From a virus (lineage: Duplodnaviria; Caudoviricetes), in the IMG/VR virus record IMGVR_UViG_3300032295_003763, positions 96,001 through 160,000 of that record: a DNA stretch of 64,000 bases; one strand, written 5' to 3'. Shown piece after piece: positions 17,915 to 28,327 of this stretch (its first letter is position 1; each line of letters begins with the position of its first letter). The notes under the pieces are model-generated. The model did no database searches. It saw only the letters and a list, made by a program, of their open reading frames with translations, and had not been told where the DNA came from. A program made the translations under genes and the position numbers.

Positions 17915-17949
17915 AAAAAAAGTTCGTAAATGTAATATTTACGAACTTT
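17915..17949 (-). terminator. Intrinsic terminator
   Basis: 13-bp stem AAAGTTCGTAAAT/ATTTACGAACTTT plus U-tract. Confidence 0.75.
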
Positions 17950-17969
17950 AAGTAATAAATAATATCTGT

Positions 17970-18227
17970 TTAAATACTAGCTTCTTTCTTTAAAGCTTCA
18001 ATATACTTCTCAAGGCTTTCTGCTGCATTTTTTACCTTTGTACTGTTCAAACTAGCCGATTCTAACTTTGTACCTAAATCTTTAAGATTACTTATGATTG
18101 TTGGTAATTGACTTATAGCTTGATTCATCGTAGCAACTGCTTTCGCTTTATCAGGTGCAGCATAAATGCTATTAGCATCTTCCTGCTCCTTTATCGAAAT
18201 ACCTAAAAATTCAGAAAAAGATTTCAT
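17970..18227 (-). CDS. Putative internal head protein
   Basis: N-terminus MKSFSEFL..IKE resembles the T4 capsid-targeting sequence. Confidence 0.55.
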   Translation of the reverse strand: MKSFSEFLGISIKEQEDANSIYAAPDKAKAVATMNQAISQLPTIISNLKDLGTKLESASLNSTKVKNAAESLEKYIEALKKEASI

Positions 18228-18236
18228 TTATGTAAA

Positions 18237-21143
18237 TTAAATTAATCTTAAAGATGATTTAGGAACGAAATCGCGAACACCGTTAATTTCTACCTCTACA
18301 GCTTCATCTAGGTTAGCATTCTCAAAAGCATCTTGAAACACTATGACTTTATGATTTGCTAATTCTCCATCAAATTCTGGAGAAACAATAGCATACATTT
18401 GTGTTCCTTCTAACTCCTCATGCCCTTCGTGCTCTTCATGTTCTTCTGAATCATCGGATTTATAGAATGAATAAGAAATTCCTGAATCTTCTGACTCAAA
18501 TTTTTCTAAATCCATCTTATCTTCTGAGCTCATACCCATAAATTTAGATGGTTCGCTGCTCAAAGGATTATATTCAGGATCCCATTCTTCATCATCTTCT
18601 TCATCTGGTGAATATTTATATGGATCCTTTACGAATGTGTCATCTAAATACTTTTTAAAACTATTAGGAACAGATTGCCATTTATTTGATATTTCAGCAT
18701 CCTCTACTTCCATTTCTATCCCTTTTCTAGAATAGTCAGGATTTTCATACATATCAATAGTATCTATAACATCCATATCGTCTATAACTTCGGACATAAC
18801 AGATTCTAATGGTTGTTCTTCCATAGTTGGTTCACTGCCCATTTCTATACCCATTTGATAATTATCTGCAGAAGTCATTTCAATCTTATTTTCTTGAGAT
18901 GACAAATTAGAAAATTCCTCTTCTGTTTGCTGACCATTTTGCAACATAATTATAGCAACGTGGCGTATAGAATCTATCGCTGTAATTCTACCTAAACCTT
19001 TACCTGTAACCTTTACCATATCTCCAACTTGGAAATCTCTTTGAGGTAATTCTTGAACATATGCAGTTGTACCCTTCTTCTTGTAATCTTCCAATTTTTC
19101 CATTTCTTCTGCATATTCTTCTTCATCAGAAACTTCTTCTTGTGAAGCGAGTCTCAATTCAGGGAATCTATAAGTTGATTGAGTACCATCTGAGAAAATA
19201 ACAGTTGCTGTTTTCTGAGCAGAGTCAATACCTGTAATCTTACCTACTCCCTTCTCAGCTACATCGACTTTATCACCAATGTTAAACAATCTTTCTGGAG
19301 TTTCTTGTACAAAAGCAGCTGTTCCTTTTGAGCCCTTTGTTTTTTTAGATTCATGCATAGATGAACCTTCAGGCTTTAATTCTATTTCTGAAAAGTCCAA
19401 ACGCTGTAAATTACCATCTTCTAATGATATAGTAGCCTTTTTCTGTACAGAATCTACAGAAACTATTCTACCTTCTTTTCCAGCATACATTACTAAATCA
19501 CCTACACCAAAATCCATATCTTCCATGAATTCTACTTCAAGTTCTGGAATTTCTTCAAAATCTATCATATCAATATCATCTTCTTCAGAACTTTCATATT
19601 CATAAGTTTTGAAAGTTTTCAATTGAGCTGTTTTTTCAGCATATGTGTTTTTAAGTTTGTTAATTTCAGAATACAATTCTCTTTTAACTGCTGAAATTTC
19701 ATCAGAACTGGATAATAAAATATCTTGTTGTGCTTCTTCAATTTTCAAAATATTTCTTTCGCATTCATCAATCTTATTTAGAATTACTCTTCTTTCATTC
19801 TCAATTTGTTGAATTGCTCTGTTTTCTGTAGATAAAAAGTCAGATAGACTTTCAGATATATCATAATTCAAAAACTCAAGAATAAAATCACGAGCTTGTG
19901 TTCCATTCATAGATGAATAAACTTTATTTTCATTCATGAAAGGATTTGTTTTAACGACAGTCACAGATCCACCCAATCTTAAAATGCTTGCTTTAATAGA
20001 TGGGTGATTCTTAGAAATAATAGTTTTAGCAAAATCAATCTCACAAAGTGTATCTATATTTTCATAGATAGCGTTGAAATTGTTGAGATCGTCTTGTTGA
20101 TTCCAACGGAAAATACCAGATTCAACAAGTTTATTATTTACTTCGGAAATATTTAATTTATTACCATTAAGAACAATAGACTTATCTGATACATTGATTT
20201 TCAAAACGTTATTGCCATATTCATAAGAAATAGTATTTCTATCAACAGCAACATTGTTTCGATTTATAATTGAATTTAAACGAACGAAATTTTCATTAAT
20301 TCTTCTCATTGAATCAATTTCAATAGGAGTGATCGTTTCATTCACTTTTTTGAAATAGTGGTTATCAATTGCAAAGTAATCTGAATTTTTCTCTACTAAA
20401 ACAAAAGAAAATACTGGATTTACAATACATTCTGTTGAAGTTCTAGAAATATTAAATTTAGATTTCGCTTCATTTGATTCAAATGTTTTCAACTGATTTT
20501 GAAGATTTCTGATGATTGGTTCATAGGAATAAATTTCCATTTCAGCAATCATAGCAGAACGTAAATCAGAGGATTTGTTTTCAATAAATTCACGTAAATT
20601 AGTTATCAAAGGCTTGTAAAATTTAGCAGATTTTGAATTTTCTAATGTATGAACAGCAGTAGCAACCGCTATTTCTTCTGCTAAGTTATTCTGTGCATCC
20701 ATAACGACTTTAACCGCTTCATTTATTGAAGGATCAAAACAGAATGGCTTAAGTTGTGCTACGAATTGCTCAGATAACAAAAAGTCTGGTGTTTCCATGA
20801 CTTTGCTTTTCTGATACCATTCAGTAACATATTGAATTCTTGGGTTATGATCCCATACTCCTGTATATCTAATTCTATCAAGAGCGCGAGAAATACCCAT
20901 ATCGTTAAGCTTATTAAGATTCTTTTCGCTATCCAAGAATCGTTTTACATGAATATCTGAGCTCTTAGTTTCACTCAATTTTTCATGTACAAGTGTACTT
21001 AACTTTTGTTCTGATACATTACCTGCTAATTCAAGGAGGCTTTCTAATACTTCACGAACAGCCGCATCAGAAGTGCTGTTCTTCAGTTTTTCTACTCTAT
21101 TCTTTAAGAAGGACATGCCGAATCCTTTATTTTTAATATACAT
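18237..21143 (-). CDS. Large acidic protein with a coiled coil and three KOW/SH3-like repeats; putative prohead core/virion protein
   Basis: 968 aa; 3x F.(V/I)GD.V...G+I..(V/I)DS; very acidic C-terminus; late-type promoter. Confidence 0.55.
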   Translation of the reverse strand: MYIKNKGFGMSFLKNRVEKLKNSTSDAAVREVLESLLELAGNVSEQKLSTLVHEKLSETKSSDIHVKRFLDSEKNLNKLNDMGISRALDRIRYTGVWDHNPRIQYVTEWYQKSKVMETPDFLLSEQFVAQLKPFCFDPSINEAVKVVMDAQNNLAEEIAVATAVHTLENSKSAKFYKPLITNLREFIENKSSDLRSAMIAEMEIYSYEPIIRNLQNQLKTFESNEAKSKFNISRTSTECIVNPVFSFVLVEKNSDYFAIDNHYFKKVNETITPIEIDSMRRINENFVRLNSIINRNNVAVDRNTISYEYGNNVLKINVSDKSIVLNGNKLNISEVNNKLVESGIFRWNQQDDLNNFNAIYENIDTLCEIDFAKTIISKNHPSIKASILRLGGSVTVVKTNPFMNENKVYSSMNGTQARDFILEFLNYDISESLSDFLSTENRAIQQIENERRVILNKIDECERNILKIEEAQQDILLSSSDEISAVKRELYSEINKLKNTYAEKTAQLKTFKTYEYESSEEDDIDMIDFEEIPELEVEFMEDMDFGVGDLVMYAGKEGRIVSVDSVQKKATISLEDGNLQRLDFSEIELKPEGSSMHESKKTKGSKGTAAFVQETPERLFNIGDKVDVAEKGVGKITGIDSAQKTATVIFSDGTQSTYRFPELRLASQEEVSDEEEYAEEMEKLEDYKKKGTTAYVQELPQRDFQVGDMVKVTGKGLGRITAIDSIRHVAIIMLQNGQQTEEEFSNLSSQENKIEMTSADNYQMGIEMGSEPTMEEQPLESVMSEVIDDMDVIDTIDMYENPDYSRKGIEMEVEDAEISNKWQSVPNSFKKYLDDTFVKDPYKYSPDEEDDEEWDPEYNPLSSEPSKFMGMSSEDKMDLEKFESEDSGISYSFYKSDDSEEHEEHEGHEELEGTQMYAIVSPEFDGELANHKVIVFQDAFENANLDEAVEVEINGVRDFVPKSSLRLI

Positions 21144-21162
21144 AAGTATAGTTTGTGTTATC

Positions 21163-21170
21163 TATATATC
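21163..21170 (-). promoter_or_regulatory. GATATATA putative late promoter
   Basis: 19 nt upstream of 21143. Confidence 0.7.
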
Positions 21171-21187
21171 AATAATTAAAATGTTTT

Positions 21188-22072
21188 TTACGCTTCATTG
21201 TCATTATTTTGCGTAATATTTTCTAATCCAACCTGATTTGCAAGATTCAGATTGTTCAATTGTGTAGAATTTTTGACTTGAATACTTACTCGATCGCTTG
21301 TAAACACAATATTTCCATTATCATCTCTACTTATTGCATCACTTGAAACAAAGTCAAGAATCTGGTTTCCTTTGAAAAACTGTGTGTTTTTGTCAAATAT
21401 TGGATAATATGTTTCAAGTTCGACTGTAAATTTCATATTTGTATTTACATTTTGGCTCGTAACTGATCCAAAACTCCATTGAAATAGTTTTTCTAAAGGC
21501 ATATCTGCAGGAAATCCCATTTGAAATGGTATTCTCACATAATTCCATCTAACAGACGAGGCTACCGTTGGCCAAAATACTTCTATTACCTTTTCCCAGA
21601 TCTTCCAAGAATCCTCTTGAGTATCAGCCTGTATCTCAATTTCAAAATTCATTTTCAAAGGAATGGAGTGCATTTTAGCACTATAAGTCAAAAGTTGGTT
21701 ATTTTCATCTTCCTTTACAAAATCCCCACGAACCAAATAATTTGTTAAAGAAGCTGTATTTATATTGACATTATTCATTTTTACCATACCCCTAGGCAAA
21801 ACATCAATATTTCCATCTACTTTTTTGGGCTGGATACAATCATTCCATTGTATATAAAAATCTTGTAATGTCCTTTCATCACCAGTAAGTGAATAATAGA
21901 AAGGAACATAATGAGTCTTTTTTTCAGTATCGGATAAAATGTAATCTAAATAAACCCTATCATTCAGAATATTGATAACACCTGCAATAACTGTACGGAT
22001 AAATATATTATCATAATTAAATTTATGATGAACCCCATCTATAGCTTGAACTGGAGTTGGTGTACCATTCAT
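21188..22072 (-). CDS. gp15: T4 gp15-like tail sheath stabiliser/terminator
   Basis: VPFYY, LPRG, IPLKMNFEIEI..D......WEK.IEVF, FTVELETYYP. Confidence 0.65.
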   Translation of the reverse strand: MNGTPTPVQAIDGVHHKFNYDNIFIRTVIAGVINILNDRVYLDYILSDTEKKTHYVPFYYSLTGDERTLQDFYIQWNDCIQPKKVDGNIDVLPRGMVKMNNVNINTASLTNYLVRGDFVKEDENNQLLTYSAKMHSIPLKMNFEIEIQADTQEDSWKIWEKVIEVFWPTVASSVRWNYVRIPFQMGFPADMPLEKLFQWSFGSVTSQNVNTNMKFTVELETYYPIFDKNTQFFKGNQILDFVSSDAISRDDNGNIVFTSDRVSIQVKNSTQLNNLNLANQVGLENITQNNDNEA

Positions 22073-22081
22073 GTTAAATCA

Positions 22082-22339
22082 TTAATTTTTCATCCTAAAA
22101 TCGGTCTTAGATTCACTTAATAAGATATTCAAGGATTTGGTCTGATAATCTACAACTATTTTATCTACTTTGAAGTATAATTTATTATACAGAATTATAT
22201 CTCCAATTCTTGGTAGAAAATCACTTTCTTTTATATATCCAGAAAGTTCTTTGTCATCTGAATAAGAAGCTTTACCGAAATCATTTATATCTTTTAGAAT
22301 ATAAACTTCGATCTCAAATTTTGTTTTTTTATTAAACAT
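22082..22339 (-). CDS. Hypothetical protein
   Basis: 85 aa; LPRIGDII..YFKVDKIV. Confidence 0.6.
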   Translation of the reverse strand: MFNKKTKFEIEVYILKDINDFGKASYSDDKELSGYIKESDFLPRIGDIILYNKLYFKVDKIVVDYQTKSLNILLSESKTDFRMKN

Positions 22340-22342
22340 ATA

Positions 22343-24013
22343 TTATATACATTTTTCTACTGTCAAATTAGAAAAATTATCTTTCAATGATGTAGTGATA
22401 GTCCAATCAAACAACTCCAAAGGTAATGGAGCATGGTTAATAACCATAATATTCATGTTATTATCTTTAGCGACCCTTCTTAAAATTTCAACAATCCTTG
22501 AAACATTATTTGGATCTAGAGAACTAAAAATCTCATCCAAAAACAATATATTTAAAGATGGAAATTTGAGTTTAAGCATTTTTATAATAGCAATCAATAC
22601 AGCAAAATCGAGCATCTTCAATTGACCTGTAGATAACTCTTCTATTGAAATTTCATATGAAAGCTGTGTAAGCTTCGCCTCAAATTGACCATCAAACTGA
22701 ACTTTAAATGGTAACTCTAATTCGGATAAAATAGAATTAATCTGATTATTCATAGGTTTAACAATATGTTCCATAACAGATTTTTTCAATCCATTATCAC
22801 CTAGAATTTCTTCAACAATTCTATTTATACCTTCCTTTTTCATTAACTCCTTTCTCTGAACTTGAATCTCCTCTAGTTTTTCCATATTTTGTTCAATGAT
22901 TCTACGGATACCATCGGTCTGCTGATTACTCTTTTTAGACTCTGTATCTTTGATCATTGATTGGATACTTCTAGATTTTGAATCAATATCAAACAGGCGA
23001 GACTCACATTCCTTTAGAGCCATCTTTGCTTTAGACATTCTTTCATCTAACTCTTTCGATTTCTCTTGTAGTTCTGTGAGTTTTAACTTATATGATTCTT
23101 CTTCAGTTAAAATTTCTTGAAATTTATGCTTATGTTCATCACTATCCAGAGGTGAACCGCATGTTGGACATTTTGAAGATTCATATAACCTTTTTTGTTT
23201 TGAAATAACTTCAAGGTTTGAATTAATTGATTGCTTACTCTTATAGATCTTCCTTTCTGCTTCTTCTAACTTTTCCTTCGCTTCGGACGCTTTTACCTTT
23301 TTTTCTTGAATACCATCTTTTCTAGAAATCAGGTCTTCATAGTTCTGTCTTAAAGCATTTATCTTTTCAGTATTATCTTCTTCAACTTTGCTTTCAACAA
23401 CAAGCAACTCTTGCTCGGCTTTTTTAATATTATCTTCTACAAATCTAATATTGTCTTCATATCTTGATAAAAGATTTTTAGTTTCATTTATCTCTTGCTT
23501 AATAACCTTAATCATTTTATTAATGGATTCAAGGCCAAATATACGGTCAACAATTTCCTTTTTATCACTAGGTGTCATTTTCAAAAATGATTTAAAATCA
23601 TTTATAGAAAGACTAATAGAATTGTTAAATATATTTTGAGGAATACCTATAAGGTTATCCTCAAGATACTCTTGAACATTCTTTACACCCGCTTCTTTAT
23701 ATTCAACTCCAGCTATTTTAAGAGTTAAACTATTTGGTAAGAATGTTCTGTTTATATCTATAGTACCTAAACGAGATTCAAAGGTAATATTTACTTCACC
23801 AGATTTATTTATTCGGTTAACACATTTAGCAATAGTTTTACCTGCAACCTTTCCATATAGACCAAGTTTTAAAACCTGACTTATAGTTGATTTACCAGTT
23901 CCATTTTCTCCAAAAATTTGATATAAACCTGGATTCGAAGGATCAAACTTAATAGTTTGCCATCTATTTCCATATGAGTTTATATTTCTGAATTTTACTT
24001 CTGTTAATTGCAT
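22343..24013 (-). CDS. gp46: Rad50/SbcC-like recombination ATPase (T4 gp46)
   Basis: Walker A GENGTGKS, zinc hook CPTC, signature LSTGQ, Walker B LFLDEIFSSLD, H-loop VINH. Confidence 0.95.
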   Translation of the reverse strand: MQLTEVKFRNINSYGNRWQTIKFDPSNPGLYQIFGENGTGKSTISQVLKLGLYGKVAGKTIAKCVNRINKSGEVNITFESRLGTIDINRTFLPNSLTLKIAGVEYKEAGVKNVQEYLEDNLIGIPQNIFNNSISLSINDFKSFLKMTPSDKKEIVDRIFGLESINKMIKVIKQEINETKNLLSRYEDNIRFVEDNIKKAEQELLVVESKVEEDNTEKINALRQNYEDLISRKDGIQEKKVKASEAKEKLEEAERKIYKSKQSINSNLEVISKQKRLYESSKCPTCGSPLDSDEHKHKFQEILTEEESYKLKLTELQEKSKELDERMSKAKMALKECESRLFDIDSKSRSIQSMIKDTESKKSNQQTDGIRRIIEQNMEKLEEIQVQRKELMKKEGINRIVEEILGDNGLKKSVMEHIVKPMNNQINSILSELELPFKVQFDGQFEAKLTQLSYEISIEELSTGQLKMLDFAVLIAIIKMLKLKFPSLNILFLDEIFSSLDPNNVSRIVEILRRVAKDNNMNIMVINHAPLPLELFDWTITTSLKDNFSNLTVEKCI

Positions 24014-24021
24014 AATAATTT

Positions 24022-25914
24022 TTAGAAAAGTGTAACCTTTTTAAAATCAAATCCTAATCCAAATTCAGCTTGATGCCCAAGTATAAATCCAGGTTGTGAA
24101 TTTTGTGCAAATTCAGTAATAGAATATGTGTCAGCAGAACAAACCGATGGTAATGTTATATTAAGGAAATTAGTACCTTCTTTACATTCCAAATGATGAA
24201 AATGACCTTTGATAACTAAATGATAATAACGTTTTCCATCACCAAATAAATTGACAAGCTCATCACCTTTCTTTTTAGCTAAATTCGCATCACCGTGATG
24301 TGAGATTATACATATATTTTCACGATTCTGATTAATAATACCATCTTTCGCAAGTATAACATTAATCTTGTCTGCCCATTCTCTTTGTAAAAATCTATAA
24401 ACGATTTTAGCAGCAGTTCTGTTTTTATCATCATGCCTTTGTGATCCAATTCTATCATGATTCCCTTCAAGACCTAACAATTCTATTGACTTAAAATTGG
24501 TATTCTCAATGATAGTAGAAAATAAAATATGAAATAAATCCAATGCATAAAATATTTGATCATCTTGGAACATATCCATCTGTCTATGAATACCATGATG
24601 AAGCCCATCTTCCATTATAGATTCTGTTATATCGCCACCGCAAAGAATGGTCAGATGTTCATATTTACTTGATTCTCTACAAATGTGAAAAGCCATTTGT
24701 TCAAATCTTTCTTTAGCTATTTCTTTATTATAGCCTCTACCATAAATAGGATGTTCATAGCATTTACCGATATGAAGATCACTCATAAAACAGAATAATC
24801 TGGGATATTGCTTACCATCTGTTTCAGATTTTTTTTCAATTGTAGAAAACTTAATAGTTTCTCTTTGTCTTGGTCTATTTTCATCAAAATATTTATTTAG
24901 ACAGGTTTCGATCCATTGCTTCTCAGATTGAATTTCCAATAAATTCTTTTGAGAATCTTTAAATCTTTTCTCATAATATTCTGATTTCTTCTCAACCATC
25001 TTTTTCATACCAGCAGATTCTTTCGCTTTCAATGCGAATTCAGCTAATTCTTCTTCGGTATGATTTTCAACTATATGTTGTGGAAATAGTTTATCCTTTG
25101 TTATATTAAAACAACGGATAATTTTCTTCAATTCTGTAAATGTAAGATATGGAAAGTCTTGGCTAATCGTATTTTGAGTCACGTATGGGTACTTACGATA
25201 AATATCTTCCATTTGATGAAGGGATAAAGAACCCACGAGTGGATAACTATCTCTAACTAAAATGTTGTAATGATATCTAGTAATCTTTCCATTTTCATCT
25301 CGGTCTACCCACCATTTAGAACGATTATCATAATCATCAGATGCATCTTTAATCAAATTTTCATCTAATAATTGATATAATTCTTTAGATTTTTCTAATG
25401 GGTCATACAAACTAGATTGTACATAGTCTGAATCATAATCCGCATTATATGTTCCACCAAGATCAAAAAATGTCTTAGTATAAGTTCTCGCAGTTCTCTG
25501 AGAAAATGGAAAATTAGATTCTATGAACTGGATATATGTGCCATCTGGTAATGTATTTTTAAGCACCAAAAGCAATTCACCAATTCTAGATGTATACTTC
25601 TTATCTGGATCAGTTTTAGTAAACTGAGAAAGATGTAGAATTTCATTTACAATCTGATTAATTGAATCACCATTTTCAGATTCACGATTCTTACTTTTAG
25701 ATGAAGATTCTGCTAAAAGTGATTTATATGTATTATATTCATCTTCAGAAATTCTACCTTTAATATAAGCAGCTTCTATTTTTGATTGAACATCAGTCCA
25801 CCATTCTTGTGTGTATCCTAAGTTGAATAATGCTTCAACTAATGTCAATTTGTTTGAACGCGAAACTGCCTCAAGCGTTGCTAATATTTGTTTAAATACG
25901 TTTAAGTCTAACAT
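24022..25914 (-). CDS. Calcineurin-like metallophosphoesterase with a long N-terminal extension containing a DUF3102-like segment
   Basis: SDLHIG, GGDI, GNHDR, HHGD, GHFHH; N-terminal IGELL..LK..LP.G....FIE.NFPFSQRTA. Confidence 0.75.
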   Translation of the reverse strand: MLDLNVFKQILATLEAVSRSNKLTLVEALFNLGYTQEWWTDVQSKIEAAYIKGRISEDEYNTYKSLLAESSSKSKNRESENGDSINQIVNEILHLSQFTKTDPDKKYTSRIGELLLVLKNTLPDGTYIQFIESNFPFSQRTARTYTKTFFDLGGTYNADYDSDYVQSSLYDPLEKSKELYQLLDENLIKDASDDYDNRSKWWVDRDENGKITRYHYNILVRDSYPLVGSLSLHQMEDIYRKYPYVTQNTISQDFPYLTFTELKKIIRCFNITKDKLFPQHIVENHTEEELAEFALKAKESAGMKKMVEKKSEYYEKRFKDSQKNLLEIQSEKQWIETCLNKYFDENRPRQRETIKFSTIEKKSETDGKQYPRLFCFMSDLHIGKCYEHPIYGRGYNKEIAKERFEQMAFHICRESSKYEHLTILCGGDITESIMEDGLHHGIHRQMDMFQDDQIFYALDLFHILFSTIIENTNFKSIELLGLEGNHDRIGSQRHDDKNRTAAKIVYRFLQREWADKINVILAKDGIINQNRENICIISHHGDANLAKKKGDELVNLFGDGKRYYHLVIKGHFHHLECKEGTNFLNITLPSVCSADTYSITEFAQNSQPGFILGHQAEFGLGFDFKKVTLF

Positions 25915-25933
25915 ACCTTGATTCTCTTAATGA

Positions 25934-27040
25934 TTAATCTTCCTCTTTTATTGCATCAAACAATAAAGTTATTTTATTTTCAACTTTATTCTTTGTCTCT
26001 TCGTCATATTCCAAATTTTTAATTAGTTCTTTGGATAATGATATTATATCAAACTTTGGGGATGCTTCATTTTCAAAGTCAAACTCAAAATCACTTTCAA
26101 AATTAAGCAGTTCATCTTCCTCAATTTGAACTATCTCTATACTTCTTTGAGTATTTAGTGATTGAACAAATCCTGGAATGTCTAATTCTTCAAGCCATTT
26201 TCGAGTTACTTTCAAATCTACAAATTTATTTTTAAATATTGCAGAAATATGTTCTCTACTTAATTCTAGCAAAGAATCGAAATTTGTAGTAATATATTCT
26301 GGCGAATAATCATTTTCTACAAATTGTTCTTCAAAACTTTCCAGATCTAACAAGTATATTCCCTTTTTATTACCTATATCTGATCTAGTCATATGATATG
26401 GGCATCCTATAAGGGTAATAAAATTACTCACCTTTTGTCTGTAGTGTATGTGTCCTCCATAAACTTTTTTATGTTTTCTATAGGTTTCTGGGTTATTACC
26501 ATGTTCAATAGTTACCTTACCATTAAATCTAGCATCTTTTATATCAGTATGAACAAATAAAACATCAGATGAATTAGATTCTAAAAATTCCTTTTCTTCT
26601 TCTGAATTCATACCCCAAGGCATAAGTAATAGATTTCTATTTTCGGTTTTTATTGTTTCGGGACTGTTATAAACATAAACATTTTCTAAAGCAGAGATAC
26701 AAGAAAGTGAATGAACTTGAGCAGAGTCTTTAGTCCAGCAGTCATGATTACCTGTAATGACAAAAACTCCTGTATCTGAAAAGATTTGTCCTAAATCTCT
26801 AAAGATTTCAATACAAGAGTTCATTACTAGAATATTTAACGATTGCCTTGAATCAAATATATCACCAAGAATAAAACAAGCATCACCTTCTCGTTTATTC
26901 TCTTTTACGAAAGGAATAAAAAAATTATAAAAATAGTCAGTTTGTATCTTTAACCATTCTGGATTATTAGATTTTATACCGAAGTGTAAATCTGATATTA
27001 AAAAAAGACGTTTAATATTTTTTTGATTAGAAACAGGCAT
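25934..27040 (-). CDS. gp47: Mre11/SbcD-like recombination nuclease (T4 gp47)
   Basis: SDLHFG, LGDIFD, GNHD, MPW, GHIH, IGCPY; upstream of gp46. Confidence 0.9.
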   Translation of the reverse strand: MPVSNQKNIKRLFLISDLHFGIKSNNPEWLKIQTDYFYNFFIPFVKENKREGDACFILGDIFDSRQSLNILVMNSCIEIFRDLGQIFSDTGVFVITGNHDCWTKDSAQVHSLSCISALENVYVYNSPETIKTENRNLLLMPWGMNSEEEKEFLESNSSDVLFVHTDIKDARFNGKVTIEHGNNPETYRKHKKVYGGHIHYRQKVSNFITLIGCPYHMTRSDIGNKKGIYLLDLESFEEQFVENDYSPEYITTNFDSLLELSREHISAIFKNKFVDLKVTRKWLEELDIPGFVQSLNTQRSIEIVQIEEDELLNFESDFEFDFENEASPKFDIISLSKELIKNLEYDEETKNKVENKITLLFDAIKEED

Positions 27041-27058
27041 AAACCTTACCAAAGAGGA

Positions 27059-27436
27059 TTAACGAATGGCTACATTAGTTACAAAATCAACACAACACCT
27101 ATAGACTGATTCTAATCTAGATCCCCCATCAAACTGACAGAGAATATTTGGTTCTATAAGATTATTTTCCTTTGGATGAAGTTCAGCTATAAAACAATGT
27201 GTGCCTTTTATAACTATTTGAACTTTATCGATTTTTTCAATTTCATCTAGAACCAACATAAGTTGATTCCAATCTCTTTCTGGTGACCAAGTTTCTGTCA
27301 TAGGGACACCTTCAAATGCCAAATAACATACTCCTGATACTTCTCTCGTAGGTAAATTAGTAAATTTAGCTAACCTATAATTTGAACGTTCTGCTACATA
27401 ATCAATAGGTTTTAAATAAATATCATCTTTGTACAT
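27059..27436 (-). CDS. Hypothetical phage protein
   Basis: DWNQLM.V...IE ... VY..CVDFV motif. Confidence 0.65.
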   Translation of the reverse strand: MYKDDIYLKPIDYVAERSNYRLAKFTNLPTREVSGVCYLAFEGVPMTETWSPERDWNQLMLVLDEIEKIDKVQIVIKGTHCFIAELHPKENNLIEPNILCQFDGGSRLESVYRCCVDFVTNVAIR

Positions 27437-27447
27437 AAATTTATTCT

Positions 27448-27657
27448 TTATTTAAAATTATATTCTGAAAGTATATTTTTTAAATTGTTTGGAAATTCTT
27501 CAAAAGATATTATAGTATAATTATTTGCATCTAAATCATTATCATAAATCCATTGATCTATATCTTCACGAGATTCAAATACTTTGTTTTTATCCGATTC
27601 TTTAAGAATCTGTATATCATAAATATTACAATTTGTTTGTAAAACTATGAATTGCAT
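27448..27657 (-). CDS. Hypothetical protein
   Basis: 69-aa ORF in tandem. Confidence 0.55.
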   Translation of the reverse strand: MQFIVLQTNCNIYDIQILKESDKNKVFESREDIDQWIYDNDLDANNYTIISFEEFPNNLKNILSEYNFK

Positions 27658-27689
27658 AAGAATAATTATGTTAATATAATAGTTTTTTA

Positions 27690-28211
27690 CTAATTATCCA
27701 AATTTTTATTATCATTTTCATCATCTAAATCATCCTTTCCCCCATGTCCATCTAATTTATCTTCACCTGATTCTTCTATAAGATCATCAATATAGTCATC
27801 TTCTTCCAATTCGTAATCCATATCATCTATTTGAGCAGTCGTATAAATCCCCTTATCTATACATTCCCTTGTAAAATCGTATTCAATTTGAGCTTCTGTG
27901 GGCTGATGCCAGCTAGTATTCGTAATGATTGCCATAGCTGCACTTATAGGTACTTCTAAGTTTACATTCTCAAAATTACTCATTGTTGATATTTTTTCAA
28001 ATAAATCTACTAAAAAATTTTCAGCTGAAGATTTTAATGTGGCTGAATATTTTGTTTTCAAAATAACATCTCTATCTTTTAAAGATAAGTCTTTATCTGA
28101 TAACAAATTAGGTGTTTTTAGTTTTTTAATGTTTCCATCTAATTTTAAATTATTCTTAATTTTTGAATCAGAACCTTCTTTTTTTTCGTTATTTCCTTTA
28201 TTCTCTTTCAT
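27690..28211 (-). CDS. Hypothetical protein with basic N-terminus and acidic C-terminus
   Basis: 173-aa ORF with its own GATATATA motif. Confidence 0.65.
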   Translation of the reverse strand: MKENKGNNEKKEGSDSKIKNNLKLDGNIKKLKTPNLLSDKDLSLKDRDVILKTKYSATLKSSAENFLVDLFEKISTMSNFENVNLEVPISAAMAIITNTSWHQPTEAQIEYDFTRECIDKGIYTTAQIDDMDYELEEDDYIDDLIEESGEDKLDGHGGKDDLDDENDNKNLDN

Positions 28212-28238
28212 AATAGTCCGATTATATTTGATTATTTG

Positions 28239-28246
28239 TATATATC
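28239..28246 (-). promoter_or_regulatory. GATATATA putative late promoter
   Basis: 27 nt upstream of 28211. Confidence 0.7.
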
Positions 28247-28299
28247 AATTTACCATAAATTACTCAAAATGAACTTTTAAAAAAATGATATTATTTTAC

Positions 28300-28307
28300 G
28301 ATATATA
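28300..28307 (+). promoter_or_regulatory. GATATATA putative late promoter (divergent partner)
   Basis: 20 nt upstream of 28328. Confidence 0.7.
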
Positions 28308-28327
28308 AGAAAAAACAAGGATTTACG

